Of a stretch of DNA of 64,000 nt, positions 18,256 to 27,300 are shown piece after piece (position 1 is the stretch's first letter; each line of letters starts with the position of its first letter). Where the stretch lies: positions 333,860-397,859 of the forward strand of contig JBIOWE010000004.1 of NCBI GenBank assembly GCA_044868145.1, read 5' to 3'. Made by a program: the position numbers and the translations under genes. The DNA is from Patescibacteria group bacterium. Its GTDB lineage: Bacteria; Patescibacteriota; Patescibacteriia; UBA10025; JBIOWE01. The notes beneath the pieces are model-generated. The model saw nothing but the letters and a program-made list of their open reading frames with translations, did not search any database and was not told where the DNA came from.

Positions 18256-19446
18256 ATGCCGCGACATTTCCACGCCCATCTCCCGCATTATTTTTCCAAG
18301 CACCCCTCGCGTTCGCTCGTAGAACTCTTTTGGTCAGTGGGCATTCTCGATTTTGCGACCGCAGCAGTTTCGCTCTTCGAGCCGATTTTTTTATACGTGA
18401 TCGGCTACTCGCTTGCCCAGATAATGTTGTTCTATCTGATCACGTACGGGGCGTACATCTTACTTCTGCCGTTCGGCGCGAAGATCGCGGGAAAGGCAGG
18501 ATACGAGCATGCGATTTTTTATAGTCAATTTTTCTTTATCGCCTACTACCTCTGTCTGTTCGCCATTCCAAACGTCCCGGCATTCTTTTTTGCCGCGCCG
18601 ATTATTTTCGCAATCCAAAAGGCGCTCTATTGGCCAGCGTTCCATGCGGACGTCACCGTATTTTCCCAAGCCGGACAGCGCGGCCGTGAATTAGGGAGCA
18701 TTATAACGATAAGTCGTGTGGCCTACATCCTCGGTCCCGTGGCAGCTGGATTTTTACTGGAGCGTGCTAATTTTAGCGTACTGTTTATCGTGGCGTCTTG
18801 TTTGTTTCTGGTTTCCACCATCCCCCTGTTTCGCATGCATGAGGTGCGCGAGACGACGTCTTTTTCGTATCCCAAAGTATTTCGCACCATGCGGGAAAAA
18901 ACTCATCGACGTAATTTTTTCGCGTTCCTCGGTTTTGGCGAGGAACTCATCGTGTTAACGCTTTGGCCGATCTTTATCTACACAATCGTTGGTGATTTTC
19001 TTGAGCTTGGTTCTTTGGTCGCGCTCGCAACTGTCACCACGGCTCTTTTTGTGCTGCTTTGGGGTAAAATGGCCGATAGGCAATCAAAGCAGCGTGCGCT
19101 TTCTGTGGGCGTTCTTTTTGCAGCGATTGCGTGGATTTTGAGAATTTTCGCACGCAGCGTGCCTCACGTTTTTGGGATTGACACGCTCTCGCGGTCATCG
19201 AAAGAAGCCTTGGTTATACCGCTTTTTGCCCAAGTATACGAATACGCCAGACGCGAAGGTCCGCTTACCTATATGGTGTTTTTCGAGTCGTCGCTAGGGA
19301 TCGGAAAATTTCTTACTGCGCTTTTGCTATTCATCCTTTTTTCGCTGACGTCGATTTCATGGCCAACGGTGTTCATTATTGGAGCGGCCCTGACGCTACT
19401 GTACCTCTTGTTTAAGCCGGCGGAGTCGAACGAACCCATTTCATAA
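18256..19446 (+). CDS. MFS transporter
   Basis: About 12 TM helices, GKMADR motif-A-like sequence. Confidence 0.82.
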   Translation: MPRHFHAHLPHYFSKHPSRSLVELFWSVGILDFATAAVSLFEPIFLYVIGYSLAQIMLFYLITYGAYILLLPFGAKIAGKAGYEHAIFYSQFFFIAYYLCLFAIPNVPAFFFAAPIIFAIQKALYWPAFHADVTVFSQAGQRGRELGSIITISRVAYILGPVAAGFLLERANFSVLFIVASCLFLVSTIPLFRMHEVRETTSFSYPKVFRTMREKTHRRNFFAFLGFGEELIVLTLWPIFIYTIVGDFLELGSLVALATVTTALFVLLWGKMADRQSKQRALSVGVLFAAIAWILRIFARSVPHVFGIDTLSRSSKEALVIPLFAQVYEYARREGPLTYMVFFESSLGIGKFLTALLLFILFSLTSISWPTVFIIGAALTLLYLLFKPAESNEPIS

Positions 19447-19449
19447 CGC

Positions 19450-19476
19450 GTAGGTCGGGGCCAGGCCCCGACCTAC
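19450..19476. repeat. GTAG REP-like palindrome
   Basis: GTAGGTCGGGGCC-A-GGCCCCGACCTAC (perfect). Confidence 0.85.
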
Positions 19477-19491
19477 CGGGGTATTTTCGGT

Positions 19492-20346
19492 ATGACTATC
19501 GCATTAGAACAAACAATAAAAAATCTCAAGGCAGAGTATCGTTTTAGACCATCGCGATCATCCGGACAAAATTTTTTAATTGATGCCGAAACGCTTCAGG
19601 TCATGGTGCGTTCGGCAGATCTTCATCCTGATGACGTCATTTTGGAAATTGGCGCGGGGTTCGGCACGCTTACGTTTGAACTTGCGAAACGTGCGTCGCG
19701 CATGATTGCCGTTGAACTTGACCGTCGGCTCGCTGCGGCGCTTGCCACGGAAGTACAAAAACGGTCAGCCGCCAATATCGAGGTGATACCCGGTGATATT
19801 TTTTCACGATGGCGCGAATTGCATAAAACGGTCCACGACCTCGGTTACAAAATCGTGGCAAATCTTCCATACAATATCACCTCGCGCGTTCTTGGCGAGT
19901 TCGTCAGCATAAAACCCCGACCGTCCTCTATGACGGTTATGGTTCAGAAAGAAGTTGCCGAGAGAGTTGTTGCTGCGCCGGGCAAAACAAGCGTGTTGTC
20001 TATTGTCTGCCAATTGTACGGAGAACCGAGGATTGCGTCTACCGTGCCCGCTTCGCATTTTTGGCCCCAGCCCTCGGTCGATTCCGCCATACTGCATATC
20101 GCACAGATCGGTCTGCGCCATTCAAAGGTCCTGGGAGCGATTCCGGAAAGGAAATTTTTCCAAATCGTACGGATTGGGTTTGCCGCCCGGCGTAAACAAC
20201 TGCAAAACAATCTTGCAAACGGTTTCCGCGCTTCCCGTGACCGAGCAAAGGAATGGCTGCGCTTGGCGAATCTTTCCGAGACTGTTCGTGCGCAAGATTT
20301 GTCAGTGCAGGACTGGACTAAACTGGCCAAAATCATTGCCAAGTAG
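19492..20346 (+). CDS. rsmA: 16S rRNA m6(2)A dimethyltransferase
   Basis: GQNFL, EIGAGFG.LT, ANLPYNIT, MVQKEVA, RRKQL.N. Confidence 0.96.
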   Translation: MTIALEQTIKNLKAEYRFRPSRSSGQNFLIDAETLQVMVRSADLHPDDVILEIGAGFGTLTFELAKRASRMIAVELDRRLAAALATEVQKRSAANIEVIPGDIFSRWRELHKTVHDLGYKIVANLPYNITSRVLGEFVSIKPRPSSMTVMVQKEVAERVVAAPGKTSVLSIVCQLYGEPRIASTVPASHFWPQPSVDSAILHIAQIGLRHSKVLGAIPERKFFQIVRIGFAARRKQLQNNLANGFRASRDRAKEWLRLANLSETVRAQDLSVQDWTKLAKIIAK

Positions 20347-20369
20347 GTCGGTGCCAGGCTCCAACCTGC
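20343..20369. repeat. GTAG REP-like palindrome (degenerate), overlapping the rsmA stop codon
   Basis: GTAGGTCGGTGCC-A-GGCTCCAACCTGC. Confidence 0.75.
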
Positions 20370-20458
20370 CGTGTTGTAATGAGAATTAATTTTGTTTGAC
20401 ACAACGACCCTTCTGTGATATAATTTTTGTACTAAACGAGAAAAAAATCAAGACAAAA

Positions 20459-21235
20459 ATGACCCCTGTGCCCGAACAAAAAAATGAACAAACGGAAGGG
20501 GTAAAAAATTTTAGTACGGGGCAAAATCTTTCGAAGAAACAACAGAAATTCGCACTTCTTCTCGTTGCGTTCATCGGTTTTTTGGCGATTGGTATCGCGG
20601 TGTATCAATTTTTTCATACCTTACGCGCGCCGTTTGCCATCAAAAACGTTGCTCTTAATATCAACGGTCTTACCACGCAACAAGCATTGATCGAGGGATT
20701 GCGCACGAAAGACACGGACGAGGACGGCATTTCCGATTACGACGAACTGTATACATACCGAACAAGCCCCTATCTTGCGGATTCGGATAGCGACAAGATT
20801 TCGGATAAAGACGAACTTGCCGCAGGAAAAAATCCAAATTGTCCGGAAGGGAAAGACTGTCTTCAGCCGAGCATTACCAATACTAATTCTCTCGTTGTCA
20901 TCCCGGGCACGCCCCAGGCAAGCGATATTCCGATAGCGACATTGCGCCAAACATTGAAAGACGCGGGCGCGCCGGAAGACGTTTTGAATGGTATGTCGGA
21001 CGACGAACTGCGCCAACTCTATCAAGAGGTAGTCCAGGAGCAAGGCGGCGCACAAAATCTGAACGCCGGCGCATCTGACGCAACAATATCTCTCAGTACG
21101 CTTCAGAATCTTACTCCCTCAGAAATTCGGCAGTTCTTAATCCAGAGCGGCATTTCTGAAAGCACACTCAATGACGTGAATGACGAACAGTTACAAGCCA
21201 TTTTTCAAGAGGCATTGGCACAATATACGCAATAG
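20459..21235 (+). CDS. Membrane-anchored protein with TSP3-like Ca-binding repeats
   Basis: TM helix, DTDEDGISDYDE and DSDSDKISDKDE repeats, two C-terminal helical repeats (LRQ.L...G.....L....D..L). Confidence 0.75.
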   Translation: MTPVPEQKNEQTEGVKNFSTGQNLSKKQQKFALLLVAFIGFLAIGIAVYQFFHTLRAPFAIKNVALNINGLTTQQALIEGLRTKDTDEDGISDYDELYTYRTSPYLADSDSDKISDKDELAAGKNPNCPEGKDCLQPSITNTNSLVVIPGTPQASDIPIATLRQTLKDAGAPEDVLNGMSDDELRQLYQEVVQEQGGAQNLNAGASDATISLSTLQNLTPSEIRQFLIQSGISESTLNDVNDEQLQAIFQEALAQYTQ

Positions 21236-21246
21236 CCAAAAACCAG

Positions 21247-21372
21247 TGTCATTCTGACCCCGCCGAATGGCGGGGGAAGAATCCCCAAGCAAAAACGTAT
21301 TGGCAGGGAGATCCTTCGACTCCGTCCCTCCCCCTCGGCAAGCTCGAGGTCGGGACTTCGCTCAGGATGACA
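21247..21372. repeat. TGTCATT...ATGACA-bounded palindromic element, copy 2
   Basis: TGTCATTCTGA / TCAGGATGACA termini. Shares AATCCCCA, GGAGAT and CTCGRCAAGCTCGAG with 1273-1397. Confidence 0.75.
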
Positions 21373-21390
21373 GCAACATAGCAAGCCCAC

Positions 21391-24300
21391 ATGTTTAGCA
21401 AAGAGAAAAAAACTAAACGTACCATACGATTCATCGCTGGTTTCATCCTGGTGAGTATACTGTTTATCATCGGTGGGACCGTGTTTTTGTATACGAGAAG
21501 CGCTCAGGCGCAGTTTGGTATTCCCGGCGTTCCACAGCCCACGATAGTTGTTGAGGACGTTCCGGCAAAAGTATTAAACGCGATCAATAAAGCGATAAAA
21601 ACTGCGGCCGATGTTGCGTTCAAAAACGTGCTTCGGCAGTTTTTGAATAAAATTGCGTACGACGCGGCGGTGTACGTCGCCTCCGGCGGCAAAGGCCAAA
21701 AGCCATTGTTTTTGACGAACCCCGGCCAACTCCTTGAAAAAACCGCGGACAATGCGTATGGCGAGTACCTCGATAATCTTTCAAAACAGGTTTGGGGAAA
21801 ATCATTGTGTGATCAGCCCCCGTTTATTAAAGCGCGTTTGGATGTTTGGGCGCGCCAGGTGAAAGACCCGAAGATCACGCAGGCAACCTGCCCTGTGTCC
21901 GCGGCTGTCGCGAACATTCAACGCAGCACGCATGAGCAACTTGTTGACTTTTCAAAAAAATTCAATCCGCAAGCTTCTGAATTTGGGGCGTATCTCTCTA
22001 TTATTTCCGGCGCGGAACAATTCAGCTCGAAGCAAGTTGAATCAACGAAATTCGTTAAGCAACTCGAAGGGGAGTTTGAGTCCGTGAAGAGTACGATCAC
22101 CGGAGCGGTGAAGACGCCCGCGCGCACCGTTGGCGACGCGCTTTCCAGCATCGTGCCGGAATCCATTAAACCGTATGCGACCTATACCGGTACGGCGATA
22201 GCCGACGCTATCGGCGTGTTCACGAATACGCTTACGAGTAAATTGATTGAGCGGATATTTAAAAAAGGTTTTAACCCGGAAGCAGACACGAGCTTTAGAG
22301 AATTTGTCGGCACATCTTCCTCCGGCGTCGCGGCGGCACGAACATTGTTTGCCTCACTCAATCAGCCGGATTTTAATGTTGGGGGATCGCAAGACATTCT
22401 CAATATACTCGCTTCTTGCCCGCCGACCCCAGCCTATAATAATTGCATTATCGATGAAAAATTCCGCATTGCCATTGAGCAGGAGTTAACCGTTGGAGAG
22501 GCATTGCAGCAAGGACTGCTTGATAGTTCAAAAATTTTCGGTTTCGACGCGCAAGGGCGCGAACCGACCTTTCGAAATGGCTATCCATACCGAAGCTTGC
22601 TCGTTTTGCGGCACTATAGAATTATTCCTGCCGGATGGGAGCTTGCTGCGGGGTACATTCAGAAATTTGAACCCGGCAACTACACGCTTGGCGGTCTGGT
22701 CGCGCAGTATGAACAGAAAGAGAAGTCGCCGGGCCAGCCAAATCCGTTTTATCATCTGATTGACCCGAACTGGGTGTTGAAAGCTCCGGAATTATTTTGT
22801 CGCAGGCAGGGCGCGGGCGAACAGGTGACCAACGAACAATTTAGCCCAACCTTTAATCTGGACGACCCAAACAATCAAATTTCCACCCGACAAGTGCAGC
22901 GAGCGGATTACTGCGCGGACGAGCAAACGTGTCTTTTTGAAAACGAGGACGGTTCGTGCAAACGGTTCGGCTATTGCGTCGAAGAAAAGCCAATCTGGCG
23001 GTTCCAAGGGACGCAATGCGCCTCCCAGTTCTCAACGTGTCAGGCATTTCAGAAACAAGACGGCACATCAGTCGCATACGTGCAAAACACCATTGATTAC
23101 AACAGTTGCAACGCGAACAACGCCGGCTGCCAAATTTATTGTACGGAATTCAACACCTCGACGAATCAATGGCAATGCGACACGGGCGACAATCTTAGTA
23201 CGGGAGAAAGTAATATCATCAGCTTCAACGGTCAGGTGCAATCGTGTAATGCAACCGCTGCGGGGTGCAGTGAATTCATTCGCACAAAAGACGGGCTCGG
23301 CACGAACATTCTTGCGAACGGAAGTTTTGAAAAATTCTCCGGCACGATTAATGACCAAACAAAGGATACCGTAGACCAATGGGGACTTGCTGACGTTTCG
23401 TCTGAAGCGTTTTCTGGACTTGCGGCCGCACAGATTGTTCCGAATGATTCCATTGTGAGCGTACCGCTTGCTACGGGCTTTGCGGTTGGAGGTCGGACAT
23501 TTACGTTGTCGTTTCATGGGAAGCGTATTAGTGGCGATTGCTCGAGCGGCAACACCTATTCACTCGAGACTCAAGGCGCGCCAAGCCCGGAACTTTCGAC
23601 CTCGTTCACCTATTTCGATTCATGGACCAGGTATGCGGGCACTATCACGTTCCCCGTTGGCACGCCCGCGACGAACTTGGTTGTCCGCGTTGGCAATAAT
23701 GCGACGTGTACGAGCGTGGTTGACGCCGTACAGCTCGAAGAAGGCAGCCAGCCCAGCGACTACAAGGACTACGGGTCAGTGAACAAATTATATTTGAATG
23801 GCCAGCGTATTTCCTGTTCTGATGAAGAAGTGGGCTGTGAGCAGTACACGTCCGTTACGACAGGCGAATCAATCCCAGGCAAAGTAACGAACCCCCAGAT
23901 TTGCGATCCGAATGACCCAAGCTCTTGTGACCAGTGCCCTGTTCAGTACTTGGGGTGCAAGGCCTATCGAGAAATGCCAATCACGAATACACCGCAACGG
24001 CCAGGGCAAGATATTATTTCCTTTATTGCTTCCACGGGCCAAGCGTGCCCCGCGTCAGCCGTGGGCTGCGAAGAGTACACGAATCTCGACGAAGTGGCGG
24101 GTGGCGGCGAAGGTCTGGAATATTACAGCTTGATTCGACAGTGCGTGAAAGACGATGCACCGAACATCGGCACCTACTACACGTGGGTCGGTTCGGATGA
24201 ATTCGGATATCAATTGAAAAAATTCGAGCTGAAAAAAAGTAACTTAGGCGGTGCGCCCTGCACGAACCTCGGCATTGACAACCCGAGTTTGCCCGGCCAA

Positions 24301-27300
24301 TATCAGTGGCCGAATTGCGTTGACGGACAAACGTTTGATGAAAACGGCGACGGTATATCCGAAACCCACGATGCGGCAACGTGTCCATTGAACCAGGTTG
24401 GGGTAAATCCAGATTGTACGCAGTTTTATGACGATATCGGCAACACCTACACAGTGCTCAAGTCAAGAATCGCCTACGCAGATGCGAACTGCCACCCATA
24501 CAGGAACACTATAGACGGACAGGCAGTGACGTACCATCTTATTCCTGGCCAGGGCATTCAGTGCTCGGCCCAGTATGCGGGCTGTCGCGAGTACAAAGGC
24601 AACGCCGGAACGAACATCCGCACACTTATTTCATCCGACTTTGAGTCCGGCTCCATTAATCCGTGGGCGTCTGATGCGCCGGGGAACTTGAACCCCAGCA
24701 CGGAATCAGTGCAAGTGGGCGGGCACTCCATGCTCGTGTTGACAACCGCCTCGACGAATGTGGAGACGCTCATAACGCAAGGGAAATCGTATCTCATTTC
24801 ATTCTGGGCAAAATCAGACAGCGCGGATACGATTGTGCGCGTTGGCTTTACGAATCCGAATATCGTTTTCCCGGGTCAGGCAGCCGTGAAAGTCCAGGAT
24901 TGGAACCGCTATCAAATGGGTCCGGTATTTTTGAACCAGCCAGTAACCGCGGGCGCGAAGCTTTCCATTTTCTCGGCTGGCGATGCATTCTTTGTTGATA
25001 ATATCATCGTCCAGGAAGTGGTCGATAATATTTATATGATCAAGGGTTCCTACCAAGAATGCGCCGGCTATGAAAACTGCGATGCGTACCGCGACCGCGA
25101 CAACCAAACCCATTACCTGAAATCCTTCTCGAATTTGTGCGCGTCCGATAAAGTCGGCTGCGAAGCAATGATTGACACGAAAAATTCAAGCTCGGCGTTC
25201 AGCGAACAGTTTACGGCGAATCCGGAGCGCGGGGATATGAATGGCGATGGCAAGTACACGTTCGAAGACGGTGAGTACATTATGAATTACATATTTAATC
25301 GGGATGGGCCAAAACCGTATCCAGTACTGCTTGCGGATGTAAACGGTTCTGGCACGATCTCGCTTAGCGACCAAATCTATCTTGTGAATTATATTAATGG
25401 AAACGGCCCCGCACCCGTGCCCTACAATGCGACAAAGCGAACAATCCCTGACGATAGCTACGTGTACATGGTCAATGACCCTGCAAAATACTGCGATGCC
25501 CAAGAAAAAGGCTGTTCAAGACTGGGGACCGTTAACTTTAATTTGAACAATCAGGTTTCCGGATACGCTGATACGTACCTCATCAATAATCCCGATACCT
25601 ATGGTCAGACGCTGTGCAAGTCCTCCGAGCAGAGTTGCGCCGCATTCAACACGGGCAGCGGTACGTCATACTTTAAAGATCCCAAGCGTCAATGTGAATA
25701 TCGAGATGTTGGTGCCGGCCGAACCGGCTGGTACAGAGTAGGGAGTGCGTCATTGACGCCGGATTGTCCGGTCGCGACTGGTTTTTGTTTCGGCGGCGCA
25801 AACGCAGGCGCTGCGTGTGACATCGATAGTGATTGCGGAAGCAACATATGCAAATCTTCTTCGGAAGGCCTTTCTCAGCCGACGAACGGGTGGGTCGGAA
25901 TCTGCCCGGCGGGCCAATCCGGTTGCCAGGAATACAGCGACCCGACGGAATCGCTCGATGCCTCCGTTGGGCAGTGCAAGGTGAATTTGAATACTGGGAC
26001 ATACGAAACGGTGTGTACCGCGGGCGACGGAGCTGGAACGACTAATTGCGATCCGAGCAATCCTGCGCCAGTCTGCGATCCGGATGCTGATGGTGTGAAT
26101 GGCGTCTGCAGCGTCAGCGCAGTGTCTTGCAAACCATATTACTACGTTAATCAAAGCATTGACACCTCATCTTGCTTCGGAACCGTGGACCCGCGTATCG
26201 GGTGCCGTCTGTTCTATGATAGCTCGCAAGGCGCAGCAACGTATGACAGCAGGGCGACCTATACAGAGGTAGATCGCATCAAGCAGCCAACAGCGCCAGT
26301 CACCTGCGCCGATCCAAACAATTGCGATTCAAACCTTATCGTCAAAGTCCGGAACGATCGGGAATGCGGTAAATGGCTCGAATGCGCGACGTCGACTAGA
26401 GTAACGAATACCCGTGGAGAGGTGGAAGAGCTCTGTTTCGATATTAAGGCGTGCAATAAGATTGATCCGAAAACAGGCGCATGCATAGGTACGCGTGCGT
26501 GCTCAAATGATTCGACAAAGAGTTGTACGACCAACGCGGACTGCACGGGAGGTGGAACCTGTGTAGAGCTTGATATTCAGAATTCTAACATTACGCCGCA
26601 CGCCTCAACAAACGTTGATGTCATTAAAAATTCGTCCGGTATTGTTAAGGCAGGCGTGAACTGGGGTTGCTCTAACGATCCTGCCATTGTATGTAAAATA
26701 GATGCGGACTGCGGCTTGGGTAATAAGTGTCAAATCATCAGCGGATTTTACCCCGTGCGCGCCATGACCGAGATTGGGTTAGGAGGCGCTAGCGACGTTG
26801 ATCTTGTAGCCACCGGCGACATGGGGGATATTGATCTGAACGAAGGGTACAAGAAAACGTTTCCAGCCGGTTGGGAACGATCAGGGGCGGACCTCACGCG
26901 GGTGATTGAAGAGGCCTTGGACGGGACGCCGGATCGAGCAAAGATTGACGAAAATAACGTGTTGGTGGTGGACACGAACAGCACCGTCGCCGGGGAAGGC
27001 GTGCAATACCAGCTAACCGGTGTTGGTTCGGCGGAATACGTGGTTTCGCTCAATGCTCGATTCGATGCAACCCCTGAACCGGACGACATGATCGCCGTGA
27101 AGCTTGGCTATTTTAATTCGCTAGGCGTGCTTATTGGTTCGCAATTGATTGGGGACCGTATTCAGCCGACCACCTCATGGGCAAAGTTCGTGTTCGGTCC
27201 TTTGACGCCGAATATTCCCGCGAGCACGGACTCGGTAAAACTGCAGATTGTGCAGGAATCAGCCTCAGGAGGAGACGTGCAAAACGGCATAACGTTTTAT

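Noticed and set aside
21249-21470. 73-aa minus-strand ORF
   Set aside because: It is a translation of the palindromic element and antisense to the giant gene.
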